Source: Tubulanus polymorphus
Lineage: Eukaryota > Animalia > Nemertea
DNA length: 64,000 nt
Direction: 5' to 3'
NCBI RefSeq assembly: GCF_964204645.1
Contig: NC_134035.1
Coordinates: forward strand, 10,572,451-10,636,450
This document shows, in pieces, positions 1 to 12,900 of the stretch. Below the pieces are notes generated by a model, which saw only the letters and a list, made by a program, of their open reading frames with translations, made no database searches and had not been told where the DNA came from. Numbering within the stretch: the first letter of the stretch is position 1; each line of letters begins with the position of its first letter. A program made the translations under genes and the position numbers.

Positions 1-159
1 CGTTCAATCATTAAAAGGTTAACGGCATTTCGGGGTAACTGATCTAACACTTCCATCTCTTTCTAAACAACAAGGACATAGATTTGAGAGAAGAGACGCA
101 AATGAAAGTTTGATCGTCACGCAAATACTCAATTTCTTAAAGGATTACTTAAAGCACAG

Positions 160-263
160 GGACCAGTTTTATAGACTGGTAGGCCTATTAACTTTAACCC
201 GGGGGTTAAATGGATTAAGTTAGCCCCGAGTTCAATTCAAATTCCAGTCTATATAACCAGCGT
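160..263. mobile_element. PIF/Harbinger-like MITE (degenerate)
   Basis: cag|GGACCAGTTTTATAGACTGG ... CCAGTCTATATAACCAGCGT|ctg; imperfect inverted termini, CWG flanks, internal palindrome TTAACCCGGGGGTTAA. Confidence 0.55.
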
Positions 264-1640
264 CTGATGTTTACGTCACTAATTGTATGATTCAAAATCG
301 ATAAAGACCAATCGAAATATAACCGTCAGAGAAATGTTCGTAAGAAATGCAATTGCTGAAGAAAAGTTACACATATTATACATTGATATAAATTCGGATT
401 AATAGGCTCGGATTATGATGACTAATCAGCACACGACTTCTGTAAAATAGTATATCCTTTCTATAGTGCAACCCGTATAAATATAAGGCACATGTTGTGC
501 AGCTGTGAGCGGTATTATTGAGAGCTATATGTATAGAAATATTTGATTAGCGGAATATCTATACGTCGAACAGACCTCGATTTTGTGCTGTTTGATGTCT
601 TCTTCCACGAACGCTTGTACCGGATTTACCAACTATAGACAAACGATAGAGTAGTAAAGTAGCGAAACCTCTATTTCATACCGTCCGAACAATAATGGAT
701 CGATATCGAAAAAAGTAATACTGAAATTCCATCGCAATTATTCAGGCATATTATATGGACAGTTTATTCGATATGCATATTCTATTATGACAGTTCGAAT
801 TTTATTTCGGATTTTAATTCTCAAAATTGTATCAAATATACACGGAATATAATAAACGGATGTTTCCCCAGCACCAGTTCATGTATACGTAATATCTGAT
901 TATTTGCTGTATATAGATAGATATATGTTAAAATAATTTCCGATATTTTTTTGCCGATGAAAACAGTCATCGAGTAGAGTGTGAAAGCGTCGGAAAATGT
1001 GAAATACACAGCATCAAAAGATAACTTCATTAAAAAAACGAAATACGCCAGTAGTTGGCGAAGAAGATATACAGGCAATATACACGAATTTGAAAAACTT
1101 TCACCTAAACAGTCATTTTTGAAATAAAACTACTCGGTATTATGCGCATTTGACTTAATATGATGAATGTATAGTTAGCAATTTTGTACATTTTAAGTTA
1201 CGTCTATATCAGAAATTCGCAACGAAATATGATTTCGATTTCATCAACAGAATATCAGTTTCGTCTCGAAGTACAGCAACTGCGTTTGAAATTGAGAAAT
1301 CTGCTTTTTTCAACAAAATTTTGCAACCATTCACTTTATCCATACATACTTAAAACATTAGGCAAAATAGAATTTAATCCCTACAACGCGCCGAAGAGGC
1401 ATTTCATGTACGGAAATCAACGCCATAGAATCATTTAATTTTAATTTGGATAGGTTGCAACGGAGTCTCATGATGAAGTGTCATAGTTGTAAACATTGAA
1501 AGGCACAAATCGACTAAAATATCTTGGAATATTTTCATTGAAATAAAGTAAAATAAAGAGTAATACATATTTGAATATATTGATGATTGAATAGTGTCCA
1601 CTTTAGCCCACTACCTTACTGTCTGACGCATGCTCATTAC

Positions 1641-2425
1641 CTGCATTTCGGACAGCTCTTCAAGGCGCTCGAGGGGGCTGGGTGGTGTGGGTGGGTAAGT
1701 TGGCGCGGGCGAGGACCCGTTGTTCTATAATCATTCAGTGAAAAAGGTGATTTTTAGATACTACAAATAATTACCTTCGCGATCGTAAAATATTTTCAAA
1801 AATGTCAATATCAAAATTTGAACTGAATAACGAAGCTAATGCGATTCAGGCGAGGTCGAGGTCACAGCGCGTCATATTGGACTGAAGCAAAATGTAACAT
1901 CTGAAAAACTGATGCATGTGAACTATACGCGTGGTATTCGACGAGTGATATCTTCAGAGGATCCAGTTCCGAAGTTGTGCAAAGTCGATATATGGGTAAA
2001 ACGGCAATGGACGAAATTTGACAGTTTGAATCAGGTCAGTTAAGAAGGCGATGAGAACGAACATTTCGAAAACAACTGAGATTGAATTCGTGCAAAAATC
2101 AAAAGCTCATGAATATATTACTAACCGTTTGGTGGACGGACGGGTGAGTCTTCATTCGTGGTTCAGCGTCTATGATTGTCAAAATGGCCACGGCGACATT
2201 GACCCTCATCGAGTGAATGACGAACATGCCCAGAAAACACATCGCCACCATCACGTAACGTTTCGGCACGTAGAAACAACACGAACAACTGAATACCGTA
2301 TCTTGAATACGACGGGTCTTTCCTAACAGCGTCTCCTTGTCCGACATCAATTCAGTCGTCGAATTCTCGAACGCTCCGTCGCCGTTCTCGGAGTCGCGCT
2401 TCGGCGCAAGTCCACTAGCCGTCAT
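1641..2425 (-). CDS. SLC17-family MFS transporter (sialin/vesicular glutamate transporter-like), 5' exons only; gene continues off the left edge
   Basis: Exon 2425-2126 (100 codons; donor ACG|GTTAG) encodes ...YVPKRYVMVAMCFLGMFVIHSMRVNVAVAI..., the SLC17 TM1 signature (P-x-R-Y...R-V-N-x-x-V-A-I). A phase-0 exon 1724-1641 (TATAG|AAC...CAG|GTAATG; NNGSSPAPTYPPTPPSPLERLEELSEMQ) fits the first luminal loop. No later exon was recognised in 1-1640. Confidence 0.85.
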
Positions 2426-4680
2426 TTTTCGAGCGTTTTTCCTCGCGAGATTTTCTTTCTAAACCAAATCTGATGTATTATCAGCAGCGATGATACATAT
2501 TTTATCAATATTCCACTTGGCGAAGAAGTTTTCACTCTGCAAGTCGAACGTACAGCTGCGCCAGGTGTGTTGAGCGCGTATGGTGCTTAGAGCTAACTAT
2601 TCGGTGTTCTGTTCAATATACAGACAACAGCTTCTGTTAATAACTTAATTTCGGTGATTGCTTTCAAATGAAATGATTCAATCGCAGGGTGGAATGTAGG
2701 ATATACGGGTCTTTCCGGATAATCCCTATATCTATTATTCATATTATCTATTTATCGATTATTTCGATTTGAAAAAAAATGTTTACCTACTTTCAATACG
2801 CTATGTTCGCAATCTTCGATGCTGTCCTACGCTCGCCCCTGAAAAAAAGGAATTAGATATTACGAACCTGTTACATATTGTGATATACCTTCATCGTCGC
2901 CATTCTTTAGGCCAGGTTTCGCTAATTCGCGGACAAGGGGGGTAAAAATCAACCTCACGGTTAGATTTTCATTAACACTGACTCTATGTCTGTTCCATTA
3001 GGTAAAGACAAATTTTGTCCTCGAACCCGGCGGGTGAAGGTGCACCTCGATTCAAACTTGTATTGACAGCTTGATCGAATCGTTTTCAATTTTCCCGTAT
3101 ATTTCATATGAATTTGTAGAATCGCGTACACGCGTTAAACGAGCTGATCTATCATATTATAAATAGGATGTCGTGAAAAATGTTATATATACGAAAGTGA
3201 TTATTTTACACCCTAAACAAAACATTAAAAAGCGCCACGCAATAATCGGGGGCAATTGTTCGTGTAATAACATTACGAAATAACAAACTGTCCCGTTTAT
3301 CATGTATTTAACTCCATTAGTTGATGCCGTATATATACATGTTCGTTGACGAATCATTGAAATACTCTTGTCGATAATTATATCGCTAGCTTTTGTGTCA
3401 CCCATCACAACTTGTATCCGAGAATTTCTTTTTTAATGATAATAATAGTTACCGATCTCTCAATTTCAAACGATGATTTGAATAGTGCTAAGATCCTGTA
3501 AATTCTGCACGCGAACGTATGATTTTTTCATCGAGTTATCATATCGACAGCAGCGCTTATTCGTCGGTTCAGTAGTCGTATACAGCGTTTTATTATGCTT
3601 TCGGGTTTTATCAACTTATCTCAAACGATGAACAAATACAACATGGGAAAATATGATAAGACGCGTAAAAATCTAAACAATTTAATTCGACAAATTGTCC
3701 TGCCCTGATGACAGATACGTGTTATACAAAGCGATTTTTGATTGTCGAATGTTAGAAACGTAGGGTTTTCAGTACGAAGAAAACACGGCCTGGATTTGTA
3801 ATATGAATATGTATTTTAGATCGAATTTAAGGACTGTTGATTAGTTCTGATTTAACTCAAAGTAAAAATAGGTAAACTATATAGTAAAATCTGACCTCAG
3901 TAAATTCGGAACCGGGTCCATGTCGATATTGAGTACTAACAGAAATGACCCGTTTCCTAATAGGGTCCATTGAAAAATCAGCGTTTCGCAGTGTACTTGT
4001 TTAGGGTGGTTTTTATTTGATATAGAATTTGTCCTATATACATGTGTGTATACATTGACAAAAAAGCAGCGAAATACACATATACGAAGTATACTTATTG
4101 CATCATAACATCATTTTATTCGATTAGTATTCAACCGATCCATGGAATACATTCTATTTGGTCCCATTTTACTGAACTGAAAATAGTTTAAAAGCTGATT
4201 TGCTTAATCAGAACGCCCAATTCCATACATCTGCATCGTAGTTAACTAGATTCGAATTAGATTAGTTCATTTTCAACGAGTTCTATTTAGATTCGAGCTC
4301 AGAACCACGCGGAACCACAAACTAATATTGCTAAGATAAGGTATGGACGAGACGTTGAACTAGCTTTGCCTGGGCGTCTTTCGCTGCCACTTAAAAAACT
4401 TTGATATCCCATATTCCCAATATTACACCCAACCACTTGTTCATAATACGCGGTGAAAAAAGAGTAAAACGATGAAATACGATTTAAAGTAATGATGTAG
4501 AAAATTAATTTCGATTTTAGCTTACGCGATATCCCGGTGGTGTTGGATCGAAAGAACGATGCAACGACCGCAGCCCCGTCTGTTATGTGCGCCTGTAACA
4601 GGTTGAGTGACAGAGTGACAAACGACTCGTAATTATCAATCGGCACGTTATCTCCTCGCTCACTTCTGTTTACCCATCAC

Positions 4681-4837
<157 letters not shown>

Positions 4838-5958
4838 CAATACGTATTTCGTATTCCATATACGTTTATGGAAATTGCGACGTTGATAAAATTCAGCTGC
4901 GTCGAAGAAAATTCATTTCGTCAAACGTGAGGACGTCGATACGCGCGAAAAGGGTGAACGAGCCCTCAATGATTGCACAAAAATGAAAACCAATAAAGAA
5001 ATATTATATACATAATATATATGTATATACGGAGCAAAATATAGCGCACGTATCCTATTGTGGTATGATAAATTGTTCGCGGTATTTGAACACAGTTCAG
5101 CTGAGCAAATTACAGTCGTTAAAAAAGACTGATTTATAAATGGATTTGTTTACCGTACGAAGCGGGTGACCGCCTTTGAATGTAACTGTACCGTCGGAAA
5201 TCTCATTCCTTGTTCGATAACCAGACCTTTTTTGATGGTCATGTGGATAGAGAACACAATTTGTAGGTGTACTCAATGACCTATTCATGATTCTTATTAA
5301 GAAAATGCTGATTTTCAATAACCTTCGCATTAGTCGAACATTCGGACGTTAGGTCTGTGGCGGGGGGGGGGGGGGCACTAATGAAGTAAGACCAACGATC
5401 CAAAGACAACAGATCTATCTATCTATCTATAGGGTATCTACCCCAGAAGATATCTAAAAACGTACCCCGCTAGATGCATTCTAGAGGAATCTTGATGTCA
5501 TGATCGTTAATACGCAGCCATCCGCTTTCAGGCAAAAACTGCAGGGATCAATTAGAGACTTGTTAAAAAATCGAATTATTTTCGAACAACGTATTTGCAC
5601 TAAAAGAGATAAACTTAAACACCTAGTCTAAATGAGATTTGATACAACCATCCACTTTCGAGCAAAAACAGTAGAAGATCAATTTTTAAGATCTGAAATA
5701 GTTATTAAGAACCGGATTTTTTTAAAGTTAAATAACATGTATTTACATTTGCTCGGTAAGATAGCAGCCAGCCTAAATTGTAGATGTCATCACTCTCTGT
5801 TCACTTACTGAATCCTACGTGGACATTCTTGTTTTTCTAAAGGGTGCAAAAAAGATATTTCAAGAGACGATGTGCTAAAAGGTCGGTCCACTACTTTCTC
5901 CTGACACTTTTAGGGGAGCCCAGTAATCTACCTAAATCCACCCCTGATACCACTTCTG

Positions 5959-6065
5959 CACCCAATTCCAATGTTCTGAGTATAGGTTTGACTAAGTCGA
6001 GCTAACTCATTGAAAAATGAGCTTATTTAACTCCCGAGTAACTCGCAACCAATTGAACTGGCTCC
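5959..6065. mobile_element. Degenerate copy of the GGNCCAGTTCCACAGTT MITE family
   Basis: Shares the core TAACTCATTGAAAA(A)TGA..TTTAACTC and decayed termini with the copies at 16419-16529 and 38133-38343. Confidence 0.55.
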
Positions 6066-8037
6066 TATAGTCTCTGTAAGTGACATGAGTGTGACCGTTC
6101 TTAACAGATGCGTCGACACATGACTCCGTTCCACAAAATCAATACGTATACGTTAACCTGTCTAACCGCCCGTATTCTAATATCCATTTCACCTAACTGA
6201 ATCGTACTTTACTGAGTTTATTGAAAGTCGAATCGTTTTGCATTGAATCTCATTTCAATGGGGACTTTTTTTATAGCTTGAGTCACATTCTCCACAGGAA
6301 CATTAGATACTTTTTCGAAAAAACAAGGATCCCTTACACCCCTTGAACCCACTCCAGTCTGTGCAACTTGAAACAGTTCACTTATTTCGGAGAAACAATT
6401 TCTTTTTGCGCTGGATCTGGTTCTAGATATGATATTCGCCCACGATTGATGAAATGTGAAAACATTTACGCGGCTAAACAAACAAATATATCGTATGAAT
6501 ATTCATGATGTCACCATAAACAGTAATTTACATAAATTCCATGTTCCGATTCATTCATTTGAAAGTCAAGAACATTACAGAAAATCTGACGTATCCATAT
6601 ATTTTGGAATATGTAAATGTGACGAATGAACTAACTAATCAACATTGCAAAGCAATCAGTCACTTTTGTGTTTACCTGCGCGTTTAAAGGCATAAATATG
6701 AATATGCTTGAGCCTTTAGTAATTTCAGGTTCTGAACGATTGCCAAGAAATGACGCAACTTCTTTTTGATAAACTTGTACCTAAACAGCGAGTTGTTATC
6801 GCGGCGTTTTTATACAAACCCGCAGTCAATCGTCGTCGATCGATCAGGTGGTCGTTATAACTTGCCGTTTCTATTTCGTGTAAATGCTTCTACCAGCTCG
6901 GCCAGTTAGTAAAAGCGCGGTTGCAGAAATTGATCGCGACCAACCCCTTTCTCTGAAAACGATAGGTGAGCTTGGGATTCGAGACCACAATGACACCGTA
7001 ATCGAAACCCACGCCACAACCGCTTGAGCTACGAAACGCTATATTTTCGCTTGGGTAGTCATCTACCTGCGACAGGAATGTCAATTTATACCGAAGCTCA
7101 AACACATGATTTGTACTTTTTTCTTATCCTAATTAGTTTATTAACTACATTCATGTTTTTCATTCGCGATTTTATTAGGGGTTAATCAAGTTTAATCACT
7201 CAGTTAATCAGTGATAAATTCAATCAAGTTTAGTCACCTAATCATAACTATAATTATAAACTATATTTGATCATTCTATTATCATCTATCATAATCATTT
7301 GATTATTTTATCATAATTAACTCGGGCACATTTCTTCGCGTGACGGTTCTATTTCGCGTAGAAATGTGACCTCGGTTTCCAACCTGTACTTAGCTAACAT
7401 AGAACAGAACTCCGAAACTTTTGGCAAGAAATACATTCGATTCGATTTCTAGCACTTACCGTTGTATTTTCTATCATTTCTATCCTATCTATAAAAATCG
7501 CGATTTCGAGCTGGGACCCGGCGATAGAAACGATAGCTTACAAAAGCTTTCATTGGTTTACACAGTCACAGATGCTGACTTGTGTGCGACAGCTTAGGCC
7601 ATGACAATTCCAGACAACGACAACTGCAGTTTTCGGAGATTTGCAGCTTTATGAGCGCGCGATAAAAATGAAAAATCAATCAACTTCGACAGATATGAAT
7701 TCGATAAGTCGTTCAAATGAAATACAACGATTTTTTTTCAGGAGAAGCTTCAGAAGAAGTTTGTATGATCTTGCTTGGAAATCTACACCAGCCGTTTTCG
7801 GTCGATGGTGTCGCCCTCTCACCAGCATTATGGTTCGGTTCGATTTTTTATAGATCTATCGAATGCGTCGGCCAGCTTGATCCGATTGAATGAAAATCAG
7901 TGATTTGTTAATCATATATTCCCGTGTTGCGGAATCAAACCTACGTACAATACATAGTCAGCAGGAAATCCATGAATATTGAGACAAACACATGTCATTG
8001 AAAACTGATACGGCAATGGTGATTGCAAAAATTTATA

Positions 8038-8140
<103 letters not shown>

Positions 8141-9916
8141 CTGTATATACATTTGTGATACACATGTTTACTTTTGAGTTCAGCAACTCCCAGGAAAAAA
8201 GCAGGAGGGATATTGAGTAAATTACACACGTTGTTGTAAACAACACGGGAAATAGATCAAGTGTAAAGAGAACGTAATTAGTTTTTCCAAATTCCTTTTT
8301 TCTAGTTATATACATGTCATGTATATATATATCGAGGACCAGGCACTATGAAAGGCTATCAGCATCAGGGATTGAGGGTTGGTTTGGACGCCAAAAAAGA
8401 AAGATTTTCATGCTTCATACTGCAGTTAAAAGGTGGAGAGGTTCGAAATCATAATCATAATGTCATCATGTCCAAAAACCACTCACCTCAAACTTCATTT
8501 GGTTATTGTATATGTATATTGTTTAAATGTTTCAATGAAACAATATGCGATAGTTTTGTAATTATGACTCGTCAATGGAATATGTAAATGAATATATATC
8601 GTCAATGGTATAGGGAAGAAAATCGAACGCAATCAGTTCGTTACCTAATGTAGCAGACTCATCTTCAAGAAATAAGGTAAACAACATTGTCGTAAAAAGC
8701 AAACATTTCGAAAATTCAAAACACGTATCGTAGAAAGATAAACTGGCGCGTCGGCTGTTTTTTTTCCAATGCTGTACTAAACGAATTTTAAGAAATGGTT
8801 CTAAAATCCATTCGATTCTGGGCAGAAAAACGTCGAGCTTTGAATTAAATCTTACCAGATTTTGAATTGTAGTTTTTATCCGGATCATTTAATGTATAAC
8901 ACCCGCGTCAGTTGACTTTCTCTTTCAGCGGCTTTACATCGATTAGTTGCAGGCGCCGTACATTATAAATGTAACATCAGAAGTATACAAACTACATTAT
9001 TCGAGTTATGTGTCAATAGGTTTTTTTTGCTCACAAATCTATCGGAAGCGATCGTGCAATCTGAAGTACTGGCAGGTGGATAGTGTCAATTCAGTGTATC
9101 CGCGCGTACAAGGCGACACCTAACCGTCGAATCGGCTGACAAAATGTATGATAGCTTCCGCAAGCATCGCTAGATCTGTCATTCTGCGCTTGCTGTATCT
9201 TTTGTTGAAGGCGTATTTGTATTTGTCAGGTCAGGCGTTCTGTTTTAATGAGTTAATTTGCGTCGTAAAGCATTAAATCGATTTCATAGGATCTGTCATC
9301 TTTTGTATTATGTTGTTTATCGTAGATTGTGTTTTCTTTCAGACGTTTTATCATTTTAATAATTAGATTTTCGTGGTAAATAAATGAATCAATTGTATAT
9401 CCAATGCAATAATTTCAGATGACGCGATATTTTGGTAAAATGCTTTGCTTTTAACTATATAGCAACTATCATGTTCAACCAAATCTCGCATTCTCTCGCC
9501 AAAAATCATGTGCGATCCAATATGGATCCATATGGGAATTCGGGCCCTGGAGTTTCATCCGTAACACTGATTCGGTGACGCTGGTGTATTTCATCTTATA
9601 AGGTTTTCTTCTCGCCATTATCGTTTAACGTTCAATCATTCTCTGAACCAAATTCTCCGGAATCCCTTTTTCATCAAGTCGACAGATATTTATCCTTTAA
9701 GGCACGATTCAGACCTGTATGTATACAATGACTTAAAACCGTGAAAAACGCATAGAAATAAAAAAAAAAAACAAACAAACAACTTTTTTTCATTCTACCC
9801 TTCTTCTCAAAAATAATTACACAACAAACACTATTAATGACCGAGTTATAAGGTGTTTTTTAGTAATCCCACCAGGTAGCGCCACGACATCATCACGTGG
9901 GATAAGACGACCTTGG

Positions 9917-12900
9917 TTATTCGCTCGAAGACAAGTGACGTAGCAATTTCTGCAGGATCTCTATCGTCCTCAACTGTAAAATAAACAACGCTAGTTCTCA
10001 TACGACGAAAGCTTCGGTCATTGCGAATGTCATTTAGTCGTCGTACAATATTTGCCAACCTATGTCATGCATAACAGCGCAAGATGATAAGAGGATTTAC
10101 AGACTTCGCGAGGTCTGTGAGTGTCAGACACCCAAAGTTAAAAAACATCGAAACTTAGAAAACACCGGCAATAGAACATTGAAAAAGAAAAACGATTAAG
10201 AACTACGGATTTTCGGTTTTTAACCAAGAAAAATGTTTTATAACTTTTCGATTATTTCGTTATGGGATTTGTTATTCATTTCCTTATTCGACATGACCAC
10301 GCCAGTTAGGTGGTCAAACAGAATAAGTGAACAGACACAGACACTTGAAGATGTAGAAGAGGCAAATAATAGACAGGTGGATAATAGACATAATAGAGGT
10401 GGATATTAAAGCACATTGCTACGAGACTTGTAGAAGACGAACCATGCGATTAAACACAGTCACTGTATAGTTCCAAGATGGCAGTGACTATTAGTGAAGT
10501 GCAATCGGTTAGTTCTAACCATTCGTCAATTAATATCGCCTTACAACTAAATCAGAATCTCTTATATCAAGCTAAAGAGTTGATACCTTGTTTCTCATTT
10601 CTGCTGGGCTTAAAGAATGACCCTGTCCACCGCTATCTACCCTATGTGCATTCCTTCATTTCAAATAATCACCAGGTTAACCATTATACACCCGGTAGCT
10701 ATAGAAATGAGCTGATTACACATTTTTATTGCATTTTACTCAAGTGGCCCAGACGATAAACAAGGTAACACTTTCCTTTGTCCTTAGTCTTAACTATGGC
10801 AATATAGTGTCTGCAGATATGATGACTGCATTTTCTTTCAGCACCGAATTCGATCTAAGTTCACATTTCTTAATTAGTAATATACTAGAGATACGATACC
10901 GTTTTACAACAGATTTCAACTGATGATAGTTTTCAGTAAGGGGGATACGCACCCGCTGTTGATCGTTTGAAGGAAACGTATTGCCCCACGTGATATCGCC
11001 CTCATCTCGTTTTTCTGCCCTGCCCGGAACGAGATCAACATCGTCGTCATCATCAGACGGAATGGCTCGAGTTAACTCACTTAATACGCCCAAACTACCG
11101 TAAATGAAAAAATAGAGGAAAAAGTTTAAAGATTATCTTCATTCAGGGGCGGATCTAGGATTTTCCATGAGGTGGGGGGGGGGGGTGTGGTTGTCTAACA
11201 CCACGCACTCCGGATACTTCTACAACATTTTAGGGGGTGCTTTCGGTCATTTCATGCGTTTAAAAAATTATCATAGTTGGAAAACCTTGGTCCAAAAAAT
11301 TTTGGGGTGAAATTTTTGAGGGCAGGGAGGGGGGTATGTTCGGACACCCGGACATCCCCCCAGATCCGCCCTGTCATTCGACTGATGAAGCTACAATATA
11401 ATATTAGCGAAAGCTGGTACTTCAGAAGAACTATTTAATCTATAAAGTATTATCCTTCTCGTTGTATTTATTCTACACCAGGTTAACAGGCTCGTCTGCG
11501 AATCTTGAATTCGTGAATGTAGTTCTGTTCTAGTCAAAGCTATAACTGATACAAACCTTTCGTCTACACTGTTTGCATCCGAGCTTCGTTTTGCCGACAC
11601 CCCGCGACACCGGGGCGCGAATACGTATTTTCTGTAAAAAAAATTTTAAAAAATGATGTTATACAAATATAGTTCTAGGATAAAATAGCATATTATTTGG
11701 AAACTACGTCGGCTAATTCGGGACATGTGCATAGTATTTCTCATCATCCTGTGCGATAACACGTGACAAGTGCGGAGGACGCTAATTGTAATCCGTCAAA
11801 ATTGATGACACTCGGAGTATGAAAATAATTGAGATTAATTTCTATTTTGCCGATGATGTTCGCTGTTTGTACTATTTTCAGAAAGTACTCCTACGCACCA
11901 ACGGGAGTGACGTCATTCTAAAAAAACAACCTTTTTTCTTTCCGATATTTTCCGTTATCGTAATATTTTTGTCCTCATTAATGGAAAATCAACTTTCTAA
12001 AAATACCGCTAGTTTCGATATTGATGTGTTCTCGCATCGGTTCGCGATCGTCACGCATCCTCCCCCGGCAGGGATTCGAACCTGATGGCATCGAGACTTG
12101 CCACACTAGGCCCTAGACTGAGTGCGCAGCTACACGCGCAGCTTAGATGATGTCATTATCAGCCAATCAGATAACTCGTTTTATTTTAGCCAGAGTTTTC
12201 CCATTTATGGTTCTCCCGTAAAATTTACCTCATACAACCAGCAATCTGATCGGTGCCGCAAGTTTTCGTGCGGCAAACCTGCGCAAAGCTAGACCTGCGC
12301 ACCCGGTCTAGTGTGGCAGGGGTTCGTGCCGTGGCTGAGTGTAGCGATGCCATCAGGTTCCAATCCCTGCCGAGGGAAGATGTCGTCGCGGCGCGTAGAT
12401 ATTAAGCGGATAGATACCCGATGAACTGTATCGCACCTCTAGATAGATATTTCAATTGATTTGTCGTCGAATCGGTTAATTGGACGGGTAAATGCGCGTA
12501 TTTAGCGCGCTAACGAAATTACCGGCGCTATCATTAATCTTCACCAGCGGCGGCGACGACGACGGATGCGCGCCAGAACAGTCGCTTCGTCTTTAATGCG
12601 ACATGAACGGCGCACTCGCGTCGATTTTCTTCTTCTCCGGGGGAAATCGGCACCTCATCGTCGCGCGCTGAAACGCCGGATGAGAGGTGCCATTGCTATT
12701 AATGGCCGAAGAAACACTTGATTAGTGAAATCTGTTATACGACCGACAATCTCGACGAGATGAGAGCCGTTAGCGCGTTTGTTTCGGATCGCGCGGATGT
12801 TTCTACTGAGACGCGTCTGATTGCGCTCGATCGATCGACGCCGTCGTCGTCGAGTTTAATAACGAAGGCGACGAGAATTTCTCTTTTTTTGTGAAATAAA

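Noticed and set aside
10440-10800. Possible decayed LINE reverse-transcriptase C-terminal fragment in the last elevenin intron
   Set aside because: Only a vague resemblance with multiple stops; cannot be supported without a translated search.
12325-12382. Possible tRNA gene (A-box-like and B-box motifs)
   Set aside because: Box spacing is too short, there is no anticodon arm or acceptor stem, and it is one arm of an inverted-repeat element.
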